Assembly (NCBI GenBank): GCA_030704615.1
Contig: CM060732.1
Span: forward strand, 68,758,001 to 68,822,000
DNA: 64,000 nucleotides
Direction: 5' to 3'
Source: Takakia lepidozioides
Lineage: Eukaryota; Plantae; Bryophyta
A program made the translations under genes and the position numbers. This document shows positions 49,276 to 60,550 of the stretch, in pieces (within the stretch, counting starts at the first letter, position 1; each line of letters opens with the position of its first letter). Under the pieces are notes generated by a model, which worked only from the letters and a program-made list of their open reading frames with translations, had not been told where the DNA came from and searched no databases.

Positions 49276-49530
49276 TTGCAGACTTATATTGTCTTCTTCG
49301 TGACACCTACACGACATCAAATCTTGTCTCTTTTCGAGGAATTGCAGACTTATATTGTCTTCTCCGTGACACCTACACGACATAAAACCTTGTCTCTTTT
49401 CGAGGAATTGCAGACTTATATTGTCTTCTCCGTGACACCTACACGACGTGAAACCTTGTCTGTTTTTGAGGCATTGCAGACTTATATTGTCTTCTTCGTG
49501 ACATCTACACGACCTGAAACCTTGCAAATT
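49276..49530. repeat. 66-bp tandem repeat x4 at the transposase 3' end
   Basis: TTGCAGACTTATATTGTCTTCTYCGTGACACCTACACGAC... starting at 49276, 49342, 49408 and 49474. Confidence 0.93.
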
Positions 49531-52500
49531 TTTGAGTATATATGTGCTGTAGGTGCAGATGCAGACACCCTCTTGCTGGTTCTCCGCAAAACCCTAGGCC
49601 GGGTTTTCCAGGCCTCCACGAAATCTCGTCTCCTTTTCAGAGACATGTTGTTGTTGTCGTTCAGAGGACGGAAAGCCTTCGCTGCCGCAGGGTGCAACAT
49701 TCCAGCCGCACTTTTCGCCAGGATATCAACGAGCTGCCCTCTGCACATATGAAGAGCAGATCGGGCATGTGCCTCCAGGTATTTGTCATCACCTACAATG
49801 CGAAGTATGTCCGCGAATTCTTGTTCCAATGAGGCTGAGACCTGCAGAGGTGCCTCGTCGTAGGGGAAGTCGTCCGGAGGATGTCTTTCCATGAACTGAT
49901 TGGATTCGTCGATGCCGCCGGCACCATTGCCCAAGAGCAAGTTAGGTAATCCTCCATGAATGGTTCCCAGCGCCGTGCCACAAGCGCGCACAAGGAGGCC
50001 ATCCTGCAGGTCAGGGTGAAGCATCTTCAGGACACGGACTTGATGCTTGCATAAGTTTCCCTTCATTGCCCATGGGCACGTGCAACAACCCCAATCGCAA
50101 TCAGGATTGTAAACAATGTATGTTGTGCCGGGGTGGTTGCTGCTGAGCACATAGGCTGGTTCACCAGCACCCAAGGGAAGAGTAACACTCTCAGCAGGAA
50201 TGTCTCGTGCCGCAAGTATAGAACTGGATATGTACTTTTCGTGTTTGTCATTTCTTATGAACCCGTGGGTCTTCAAATGGATTGCGTACTAGTAGTGTGT
50301 TAGCACACGGCCAGTCAGTTCCCATATAAGCCAGTCCACTCTATGACCACTCATCTTGCCTTTCCCCATGGCAAGTCTTGCCTTCAAATTTCCATGGTAT
50401 GCCTCAATGCTTGCGTTTGTGTCTTGGCTTGCATGAGGGACATTGCGGGCTGCTGTACACCACATTGCTATTTTGGGCTTCCAGTACTGTTCGATATAGT
50501 CAAGAAATTCATGTCCTTTCGGGTATTTTGACCTCATACGACGGATTCTCCTTGCAACCCACCGAAGCGCTCTTTTCTCGTTGCGTGGTCCCCCTCTACA
50601 GTACATGAGGTCTCCCATATCCTTCAACAAGTTTACAGCGGTCACCGGATGCTTTGTTTTCTTGCATGATTGCTTCACCCATGCCTTGCGGACATGCCAA
50701 AGGCAGAGGAAAATGAGTACTCATTCAAAAACAATTCTGCACAACACACATGGTACACATTAGAGTCTTGGGATCGGACTGCAATGGTGGACTGCCGGAG
50801 TGGACTGTAACAGCGACCTGTATTAGCGGGCAGAGCCACTGGACTCGCCCAGTGAACAGTACAATGCCATGACGTTGATGTGCTGGAATAACCCCATTGG
50901 ACTACCCAGTGGACTTCCCCATTGGACTTCCCCTAGCTAGGACTGGGGCAGCGGACTGCCCCAGGGACTGCCGAGTGGACTTGGCAGCGGACGGCCGACC
51001 CCAGGGACTACTGAGTGGACTTCCCCTAGCTAGGACTGGGGCAGCGGACTGCCCCAGGGATTGCCGAGTGGACTTGGCAGCGGACGGCCGACCCCAGGGA
51101 CTACTGAGTGGACTTGGCAGCGGACTTGCCGGGGACTGCCAGCGGACTTGCCAGGGGACTGATGATCGGACTTGACAGCGGACTACCAGTGGATTTGCCC
51201 AGCGAACTGCCATCGGGTTTCGCCACAGGAGTCTGCCAGTGGACTGTAGCAATGGACTGCTACAGTGGACTTCGACAATGGACCGGTGCTGTGGACCAAC
51301 AGACTTACCGAATAGCGTTGATTTATGCTTCGGCATCGTCCACAATGAAGGCATTGGGTTGCCAGCTCGGCAAATGTGCGAGGAGTGAATCGCGCAAGGC
51401 TCTCATCCACGGAACCAGGTCTCTTGTCCGATTCCTCGCGGATAGGATATAGGCAACTGGTATACCGTTCAACCACTCGTCGAAGACCATCAACGTGTAC
51501 AATGGGAACTGTTGGAATGCACAATGTAAGATGGTCAGAGCATGCAAATTCCGCTCAGTTCTGCACGAGAAGACTTCATAAGAGTGATGAGGTCTGTAGC
51601 GGTTCACAATGGGTCTGCCTCTCGGTCTTCCGCAACGTACACAACCCTAAACATACAGAAAGGGTCAGCACACCAAATATTATGTGAATGTTGCATGGTA
51701 CTATGCTATCATGCTCGTACAAGTCCATGGAATCGTTCGAATAGTACCTTGTCATGATTTGTCCCAAAGGTTGCATCACATGCAACGATACGGTCATGTC
51801 CTAGTTCCAGCATTCGTCGTTCCTGCCACGGAGTCTGTATGCCAATAGTGAATGTCAAATCTCCATCAAAATGCTCGAATGTTGGCTCTAATTTCTCCTC
51901 TTGATAGAAAAAAACGGACGCAGGATTCTGGTCTCTCCAGATGCGCACACTCTCTGCATCATCGGCGTGCTTTTTGAAGGTTTGCCACGCACGTTTCTCG
52001 GCAAGGTTGCAAACATCTTGCTCCAACAAGAAATCATCGCGGGTCCATGCATCGCCCAAGCCGGTGTTGTTCATCACGTGCTCTTTATGCTCCATCATGA
52101 TTTGGGCGACCGACAGGCCTCGGCACAAACACTCGACGACCCAGGCTTTCAATTCCTCGCTAATGTATGGTGCATAGGCGTGGCGGGTGTTCCTGAACTC
52201 TGCGGACTTCCCATGCGAGGGTTTCCCTTGTGCATCTGTATGCTCCATGTTGTTGTAGTACGTGAGGACACAGATGTCAGGGGCGAGATAGCATTGCTGG
52301 ACCTTGAAACAGCATTGGCAACCACGTTTGTAAGACTCTCCATACTCCGACTTCTTTCTCCTTGGGCCTTTATGAGGGCAAGATGTTCCAGCACCCACAA
52401 GAGGTCCTCCACGCTTCTGTTTTGGATCCTCCACTATTGCCTTGTTGGTGCGCTTGTCATCAGGACCGTAGCAGCATTGATACCTGGACAGAAAATTCTA

Positions 52501-52931
52501 AAATCGATATCCAACGACTTGAGGAAGCATAAAATCAGAGAACTCGTGAAACAAAAAATGGCAACAGACATGCAATGAAACGTCAAAAGGACTGAGGATG
52601 GTGCACACATAATACTGGACAGAAATGTGTTGGCTCTGGGTGCTTTTCGCGAGCCGGGTTCCACTTTAGAATGGACATTCACCCAAAACTGAGTGGGGTA
52701 ATCCTCCAAACTCTCCTCTCCCAGGACGAAGTCACCAACTCTATCCCAAGGTATGCAGGCCTTTTCAACATTCACTCGCACACCCATAAACCCATATTAC
52801 GTCTCACTCTTCCAATGGAGATCATTTCTGTTGAAGGGTCCTGGTTTTGCTGTTTGCAAACATTGTCGAAGAGGCCGTATAAGCGGGCTTTCCGTGATCA
52901 GTATATCATCGGGTTTTGTTTCCACGTCCAT
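49482..52931 (-). pseudogene. MULE DDE transposase with SWIM zinc finger; 4 exons, several premature stops
   Basis: Exons 52931-52609, 52483-51748 (YQCCYGPDD, KRGCQC.F, APYISEEL, GIQTPWQ, ACDATFGTN), 51508-51309 (LYTLMVFD, FIVDD) and 50736-49482 (FLCLWHVRKAW, IEAYH, RVDWLI, SWIM CTCPWAMKGNLCKH). In-frame stops near 52797, 51323, 50722 and 50289. Confidence 0.9.
50923..51115. repeat. 93-bp tandem duplication in a transposase intron, rich in GGACT motifs
   Basis: TGGACTTCCCCTAGCTAGGACTGGGGCAGCGG... at 50923 and 51016. Confidence 0.9.
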
Positions 52932-53077
52932 GCCCTATACAGTACAAAAGACACGCTTCTGAACATGCAAGAAACGCGCCGCAGTACAAGACACGATTGA
53001 CAACGTGCCAGGAGAACAGTGCGCACGTTCGCGGCTGCTGGCAAGTGGCAGGCGACAGGGATGCAGGTTTGAATTGT

Positions 53078-53418
53078 AGCCCTAAAAATGGAGAGCTCGG
53101 ATAGGTTATGGGAATGGACGGTGGCGATCCTGCGCCGTCATCGGACTGGATGGCAGGGGACTGGCCAGCGGACTGGCAGACAGACTGGCGGACTGGCAGA
53201 CTGCTGGGCAGCGGACTGGCCAGCAGCGGACTGGCAGACTGGAGGGCAGCGGACTCATGGGCGGGGGACTGGCCGCGCGGCGGACGGGGGCGCGGGCGCG
53301 GTTGCTGCAGCCGCCCCCGCGGCTAGGCGACCGCGCGCAGCGGCGGGCGGGGTGTTGGGGAGCCGGGCGACCGTGCGCGGGGCCCACCGGCCACATCGCA
53401 TGTGCCCATTGAAGACCC
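53078..53418 (-). repeat. Right TIR of the MULE
   Basis: Reverse complement of 34165-34495. Confidence 0.92.
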
Positions 53419-53510
53419 TATTAGGCTTTGGGGTGGGACTTTTTACTAAAAGTGGTAAATATATCATATATATCATCTAAAATTAAATATTTGGATAAAT
53501 TCACTCAATT

Positions 53511-54850
53511 TGATGTACCTATATAGACTTTCATGGTGAAAAACTCTGCCTCTTTTGGTTGTAATATGGTAGAATCTAGAAGGTTCTAGATGGAGGAGGA
53601 AAGTTCCTTAGAAGTTTCCAAAATAATTAGAAATGTTCTTAGGAAGTTTGACTTAAGGAAGTTTGACTTGAGGCTCTCAAGTCAAACCTATAAGATATTT
53701 ATATTATGGAGAGTATGTAAAATGTTTGAGAACGTCATATTGAGGAGAATATGTCAAACCTATGAAGGTTGACTTTAGGAAGTTTTGACTTGAGACTATC
53801 AAGTAAAACTTTTAAAATAATCATATTGTTAAGGGTATATAAACATGCAATGAAAGCCTAGAAGGATCGAGTTGTTTTGGGGAAAAGTTGAGAAGTACTT
53901 CTATTCTAATTTGTGTAGATCATGGGTGTTGCAATGGTATCAGAGCCTAGTCTTTTTTAAAGTTGGGATTGAATACCCTCTTTAGGAGGATTCGATTAAG
54001 TTGTTGTGTTTTAAAGAGATTTTTGTTGTTAATATTTTTAAGTGTTGAATAGATAGTAGTGATGGTGCGTCACGTACGGGATGGTTTGGGATTGTACTAT
54101 TTACATATTGTATTAGGATAAGAGAATAGATATAGTATACATTAATCTTAGAAAACAAACACCACAATAGAAGGAGCAGTGGAGCAAGATGACGGACAAT
54201 GAAAAAATAATGGACAATGCACATCAAGCCAATAATCAAACGGTGTGGATAATGGAGCGCTTACACGAATTGCAGAATGCTCTTGTCACGACCTAACAAC
54301 AAAACAACGTGTTGATGGAGGAGCTTAAACAAGTGAGACAATCAACCGCCACGGGACTGGTTATTGGTGGGTCGGATACGTTACTGCAAAAGATGACGAA
54401 GACGTGCAAGGTCGAGTCGTAGAAAAGAAGTCGCACCATGGGAGTGCTAGAAAGATGGATTTATCGAATGAATGTACATCTGTCATATTTCAATGTATTA
54501 AACAATTTGGACCACGGAATGTTCATACGATCTTTTTTAGTTGACAATGCTTCAATATGGTTACAGACATGGAGAGAGAAGACAGATTGCAAAAAGAGAA
54601 CCTTTACTATGGAACACCTTGAAAGCGGGACTGCTCCAACAATTCAAGGCAGTAGATGTTGTTACAACTGCTCGAATGAAATTATGGAATTTGGAACAAC
54701 GCGGGAATGTGCAAAATTACATTGAAGATTTTTTGAATTTTTAGGTCCAAATCGAAGACATGAGTCCTGCAGAAGCATTCAACAACTTCAAAAGAGGATT
54801 GAAGAAGAAAATTCAAAGAGAGGTAATTTTACGCAACCCGAAGTTGTTAG
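53511..54850 (+). mobile_element. Old Ty3/gypsy remnant: 5' LTR, PBS and gag
   Basis: LTR TGATG...TTGCA at ~53511-53933. PBS TGGTATCAGAGCC at 53935-53947. Gag remnants (WNTLKAGLLQQF...ARMKLWNLEQRGNVQNYIEDF; EAFNNFKRGLKKKIQREV). Confidence 0.85.
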
Positions 54851-54939
54851 ACATCTTGCACGTCCTTATGCACAATACAGAATACAACAAACGAGTTTTG
54901 AATGATGAGGGATTGAAAGAACAAAGGCCTACGAAATTA

Positions 54940-55500
54940 AAAGGTTTTGCTCTTGCTCTTAGAAATGAAGATTGCAGCATTCAAACATGATAATATTTTG
55001 TAGCATGTCTTCTAGTTTTTATACTAATATAAGTTCTTAATAATCTTTAGTAATATGAGGTACTAAAGATGAATTAATGCTTGTGCAGATTTCTAACATT
55101 CTAAAGTCTAGTGAATCTGAGAAGGGTGTTGCTAATGCTCCTAGAAATGGTTTCCGCATTGAACCTACGATGCCAAACACTGTAAGTTTGTAGAGGCTTC
55201 TAATTTTTATACTAGTATAAATTCTTAATAATCTTCAGTATTATAAGGTATTGAAGATGAGTTGATACTTGTGCAGATTTCCAACATTATAAAGTCTAAT
55301 ATATCTAAGAAAGATGTAAGTTGCTCCTGCTCATTGAAATAAAGGTTTCAGCATTGAACCAACAATGCCAAACACTATAAGTTTGTAGATGTAATTTTCT
55401 AATTTTATACTAGCATAAGTTATTAAGAATCTTTAGTATTATGAGGTACTAAAGATGAATTGATACTTATGCAGATTTCCAGCATTCTGAAGTCTAGCAC
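54940..55500 (+). repeat. Tandemly repeated exon-intron unit (~190 bp x3)
   Basis: TGCAG|ATTTCYARCATTMTRAAGTCTA acceptor-like sites at 55088, 55276 and 55474. A 93-nt open exon 55089-55181 ends at a GTAAGT donor. Confidence 0.65.
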
Positions 55501-56063
55501 ACGAAAAAATTCGAGGGTTTCCAAAAGAAAACAGTTTGATGATTTTCATGAAAATGATGGAAAAATGGTTGTGAGGGAAGAGATACTGAATATTATGATA
55601 CATCTTCTAAAACATTATGTTTCAGTGTTGGATCCTAGAATGCATGAACTTCGTGATTTGGGGGTGGTAGTGACAGATTTCTGAGGAGTTTTTTTTTCAA
55701 GTAAAAAAAGTGATAGCCATGCACGTCATGGGTTCAAAGAATATTTCCGATGTTATGCGGGTATCATAACCTTTGCCGTTGTACATACATTGAAAGTTCT
55801 AAAAAGAAATGAGCAAATGAATCATTGTTCCACCAAATGACTAGTAAGTACCTCGATGAAGTGAGCTTTGAAGGAAAAAATAGTTTTGATGAACCTTCCA
55901 ACCCCTAAAAACAGATGTCTTGGCCAATTGAGCGCAGACAATTGAGTGCAGGTCTCAAAGCGTCAAGATCTTCCTCCTCAATTTTGAAAGACCATCCCAC
56001 AGTGCGCTTCAGCTTCTCCTCGTCTTCCATACCTTCTTCTCCTCCACATTCTTCCACAATGTT

Positions 56064-56335
56064 GTGTCTGCATGCCAAGGACTACTCTTCTCTCTGATGA
56101 TCGTTATGCCCAACACGAAACGACATGTCGAGAGAAGTCGGAGTGGGCGAAGGTACAAGCAGAAGTGGAAGGTGCTACCTCTAGAAGTTGCAAACAAGAT
56201 GCTGGCCTATCTCCCTATACGGGATGTTTGCCAAGCTCGTCGAGTGTGTCGCGAATGAAAAGACATGATATACCGAGATACATTCATATTTGCTTGTGCA
56301 ACCCTACGTGATTCCGAAGGTACATATTCACCGAT
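56064..56335 (+). pseudogene. F-box domain N-terminal fragment
   Basis: WKVLPLEVANKMLAYLPIRDVCQARRVCRE*KDMI is an F-box motif with the conserved Trp mutated to TGA. Confidence 0.8.
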
Positions 56336-57059
56336 GCAGGGACGCTAAACCGTGAGCGGTGAGCTGAAAATCGTGAGCCCATAATATAAATTTATATGAT
56401 TATGAGCATGGATGGGTCGTCAAAATATTAAAAAATGAGACATATTTCCGCGGATTATGGTATAACGACCTTATATCCAAGAAAGCCAAAAAAATGACAA
56501 TTCAACAATAACAAAAAATATACTTCAAACTATATCAAAAGACTGGAACAGATGTACAAATGAAACACATCGAGATCAATGATGCATTTGGTTGACACTC
56601 ATGTAAATACAACAAATTGGTCATAAAAACAATGAATCAAATATCATAAGAGTATAAGCCAAATAAAGAAATTGAAGAGGAAGTGGAAACACATATTGAA
56701 CTAGGACCCAAATCAACCATCAGGTATGAAAAAATTAAAGAGCCGATAAAGACATCCATGAAAGTTTTGTATTTTGGACTCGTTTATATCTTATATTCTC
56801 ACGAATAGAAGGATAAAGAGAAACCAAACAATGTTACAACTATGAAAAATACAGACATCTTGCGGCCAACTACCGAAGTGGAAGATACAATCGACAAACT
56901 TATCGAAGATCTATTAACAGTTTAAGGAGATGAGAAGATAACGAACATCACATTGAGCAGGAAAACGAGGACAACCAGTAAGTAGACCTCGTGGTCTTAC
57001 TGGTTCTACAAAGAAGAGGAACGGTGAGGGGCCCTACAAGGAGAAGAGACAGATCAATC

Positions 57060-57255
57060 ATACAGACAAGAAAGAGACGCAGTTAATTGTGGCAGACAGA
57101 ACCTTGGAAGGTATTCATGTGAGAGTGTTGAGAGACCCTGGGGCAACAGAAAACTTCTTATCTAGGAAGGTTGCCTTGGACTCACATTAGAAAAAAATAA
57201 AAGAGATGAGGTAGAAATGTCAAATGGACATACAGAGGCCATTGAGACACTACCT
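57060..57255 (+). mobile_element. Ty3/gypsy aspartic protease remnant
   Basis: VRVLRDPGATENFLSRKVA (D[S/P]GAT motif). Probably the continuation of the 53511 element. Confidence 0.6.
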
Positions 57256-57574
57256 AAAAACATAGCATCTCCAAATCCAAAGTTCAGCTTGATTTTGGTG
57301 TCTAGAATTCTTTTTTGCACGCTTCTCTCCTCTAAGCCTTTTGCTGTTTAATGCCTTTGTTTTTTTTTTCTTGGCCTTTGATTGGCTCGACCTCGCTATC
57401 CCTCCTCTTTCTTGGTCATAGGTGTTCCCCGTGAGTCAAGCTTTTACGGCCTTCTAGGAGGTTATTTTTTCCTCCTTTCTGTACTCTCTGCCTTTTATAA
57501 TAGAAATTTTCAGGGCCAATGTCCCCTGTTCCTTAACCCAAAAAATAATAAATAAATAGATAAATACAAAGTAG

Positions 57575-58007
57575 GTGTTTGGGTGATACCAGTCGTACAT
57601 ATATCTGGGTCTGGTATTATAAGATCATAACAAACCTTAAGATAATAAGAACATTGTTTAACAAAATTCCCGAATAGATATTTTAAATCAAAGAAGTATT
57701 AACGACAAAAAATACTTGCATTTGCTAACCACTAGTACCAAGAAAAGATGAAGTCACCACACTTTTGAAGTGCGCACCTATGGCAACGTCGAGTGTCACC
57801 CTAAATTTACAGCCACTACACTAAACCGCTAAACATTGAAGAAGCGCTGCCCCACCTATGATATATAGCAAACAGTAGGGACTTTGCCACACCAACAGGG
57901 GAGTACTGGTATCTACAAGACATGACATAAATAAATACTGGTCCTTGATCCCATTGCCTACACCTGTGCACATACCAGGCAATACCCTATATACCGGTAC
58001 AACACTG
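57575..58007. mobile_element. Degraded member of the CTGGTAT hAT-MITE family
   Basis: Right end ATACCGGTACAACACTG resembles the TIR at 18470-18486. Scattered CTGGTAT/ATACCAG motifs. Left TIR and TSD are not resolved. Confidence 0.35.
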
Positions 58008-58549
58008 GTTAGCACACGTGTGTAGGAACTTCGGTACTCACATGAGATTCCTTTCTAGAAACAAATACAACAAAAAAAATCCCCAGAGAAACTATTTTGT
58101 AAACTCACGTAGCTTTGAATTGGAGCTTCAGTACTGCATGAGCCATAACAGGAAACAGTTTCGCCAGCAAGTTTGGTATTGAATTTCATGCTTTGTTCCA
58201 GTTTCAGAGTTCAGCAGTTTGTTCCAGTTCCTGACAAAGCTATATCCTCAATATTTACACTGAAGTACCCTATGACTGCCTCTTATGTCCATGCCAAGGT
58301 TCATATCCCTATACCCGTGAATTGCACTCCTGCTACCATTTTTTCCGGCTAATGCACTACCAAGCCACTATCATAGGCAGCCAACAGTAAGGCACTGTTT
58401 GACTGCCCATTCCATGGAAGAAGTTGTTTCTTTCATCTTTACTTAAAAAGATGTCGGACAAGTCATGACCCACATCTGAAGGAAGGCACTTCCGTTTCAT
58501 GCATTTTGCTTGTTTTCACCAGTGAACCCAACAAGAATCAACAGTCAAT

Positions 58550-60550
58550 TCAGTTCAGCATCAATGTCTTCATTTGTGGATGTAGTTTGTCGTCTACAGC
58601 AACTGTATACACCTCGTTGTCAATATGAATGTACTTCCTCCCTGACTTCTCTTTAAGGCACGCGTCCTCCACCATTTTCCTCACCTTAGCTCTGCTGGAC
58701 ACAGCATAGATATTCAACAGCAGCACCAAAGCTCGAGCATGCTGTGGGTCAATCTTGATAATGCCTTTTGCTGCACATTCAGCTACCTCCACATCACCAT
58801 GTACTCTGCAGGCACCAAGCAAGGCACCCCACACTGACGCATCTGCTGCAATCGGCATTTTGTTAATGAAGTCCACTGCCTCATCCAATCTCCCTGCACG
58901 GCCAAGAAGGTCCACTATGCTGCCAAAATGTTCAACACTAGGTGTTAGGCCATAATCTCGACTCATGCAATTGAAGAAGTGACAACCCTCATCTACTAGG
59001 CCCATATGGCTACATGCAGTGAGAAGAGATATAAACGTGATACCATTTGGCATCAATCCTTCCTGTTGCATTAGCCCAAATAATTGCAGGGCTTTACTGC
59101 CACACCCATGCTGAGCATACCCTGTGATCATTGCACTCCAACTGACCACATCTCGGTCAGTCATACTATCAAACACTTGACGTGCATCCTTTACACTCCC
59201 ACATTTGGCATACATGTTCACAAGGGCATTCTCCAAATTGATATACGGAGCAATTCCAGCTTTGATGATGTCAGTGTGGACCTGTTTGCCTTTGTCCAGG
59301 GCTCCTAGGTTGGCACAAGCATTTAGAATGCAAATGAAGGTGACACTATTGGGCGTCACCCTTTCCTGTTGCATTTGTTCATAGATCTCAAAAGCCTCCT
59401 TACAACAACCGCGCTGAGCATATCCTGCAATCATGGTGCTCCATGAGACCACATTACGTTGAGTCATGTTGTTGAACACTTCATGCGCATCCTTCATGCT
59501 CTTGCACTTGGCGTACATGTCAGCAAGAGCAGTCTCCAAAATGACATCTGAAGCCGTTCCAGTTTGGATGATGTCAGCATGGACTTCTTTGCCCTTTTGC
59601 AGGGCTCCTAGGCTGGCACATGCCTTGAGGACGCAAATGAAAGTGACCTTGTCAGGTGTCACCCCTTCCCTTTGCATTTTCTTGTAGGTCTCAAAAGCCT
59701 CCTTACTACATCCATTCTGAGCATAACCTGCAATCATGGCGTTCCATGAGACCACATTTCGTTTGGCCATATTGTCAAATACTTGTCGTGCACCCTTTAC
59801 ACTCCCACATTTGGCATACATATCTGCAAGAGCGGTCTGCAGAATGATATCTGGTGCAATTCCAGTTTTGATGATGTCGGCATTGATCTCTCTTCCTTTA
59901 TCCAGGTCTCCTAGGCTGCCACATGCATTTAAAACGCAAATGAATGTGACCCTGTCAGGCATTACCCCTTCCTGTTGCATTTGCTCATAGATCTCCAAAG
60001 CCTCCCTGCCACACCCATGCTTGGTGTACCCTGCTATCATGATAGTCCAGGTAAACATGTTTCGTTCAGGCATTTGGTTAAATACTTGGCGTGCATCCCA
60101 GACACTCCCACACTTGGCATACATGTTCACAAGGGTGTTGAGTAGAAAGATGTTTGGCTTCAATCCACTTTGGATTAGGTGAGAATGCACCTGCTTTCCT
60201 TCTGCTAGGCCTCTGATGTTGATGCACTCCTTTAAGATAGAGATATAAACATTGGAGCTAGCCCAAATGCCTCCTTGGTTCAAAATGTGCAACACCTCTT
60301 TAAGTTGTCCGGCATTACAAAGTGTTCTCACATTCCTACATGCGCCAGAAGGGTAATTGTGGACTCTCTCTCTCTGTCCTCTTTCACAAGCAGTGGTGAC
60401 GGTGGACGTGCCACCCCTTTCACCACTCTGATGTTCAACAAACAACTCGGTATGGTCCAACCCTGCCATCCTGCATGACTTGCAATTCTCAGATACAACC
60501 ATTGACATTGAAACTCCCCTAGTATATCTATAAGCTCTTACATACTTCAA
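58550..60550 (-). CDS. PLS-class PPR protein with E/partial E+ domain, lacking DYW
   Basis: Open 666-aa ORF with PLS repeats, paralogous to 23382-25346. Ends at DDKLHPQMKTLMLN* with no HSEK/CxxC. Small deletion in the E domain. The ORF start is non-ATG; a probable upstream exon ends at 60644. Confidence 0.9.
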   Translation of the reverse strand: MKYVRAYRYTRGVSMSMVVSENCKSCRMAGLDHTELFVEHQSGERGGTSTVTTACERGQRERVHNYPSGACRNVRTLCNAGQLKEVLHILNQGGIWASSNVYISILKECINIRGLAEGKQVHSHLIQSGLKPNIFLLNTLVNMYAKCGSVWDARQVFNQMPERNMFTWTIMIAGYTKHGCGREALEIYEQMQQEGVMPDRVTFICVLNACGSLGDLDKGREINADIIKTGIAPDIILQTALADMYAKCGSVKGARQVFDNMAKRNVVSWNAMIAGYAQNGCSKEAFETYKKMQREGVTPDKVTFICVLKACASLGALQKGKEVHADIIQTGTASDVILETALADMYAKCKSMKDAHEVFNNMTQRNVVSWSTMIAGYAQRGCCKEAFEIYEQMQQERVTPNSVTFICILNACANLGALDKGKQVHTDIIKAGIAPYINLENALVNMYAKCGSVKDARQVFDSMTDRDVVSWSAMITGYAQHGCGSKALQLFGLMQQEGLMPNGITFISLLTACSHMGLVDEGCHFFNCMSRDYGLTPSVEHFGSIVDLLGRAGRLDEAVDFINKMPIAADASVWGALLGACRVHGDVEVAECAAKGIIKIDPQHARALVLLLNIYAVSSRAKVRKMVEDACLKEKSGRKYIHIDNEVYTVAVDDKLHPQMKTLMLN

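Larger units (their letters stand above)
34165..53418. mobile_element. Large Mutator-like DNA transposon (MULE) with ~335-bp TIRs, carrying transposase and Ulp1-protease genes
   Basis: GC-rich inverted repeats 34165-34495 and 53078-53418, highly similar over their length. Internal MULE/SWIM transposase (-) and convergent Ulp1 gene (+). Confidence 0.92.

Noticed and set aside
49276-49530. Regularly spaced repeats resembling a CRISPR array (also 21170-21408)
   Set aside because: The units are contiguous tandem repeats without unique spacers, the context is eukaryotic, and there are no cas genes.
56336-56400. CAGGGACGCTAAACCGTGAG, a possible hAT TIR truncating the F-box fragment
   Set aside because: No matching opposite terminus or TSD found in the window.
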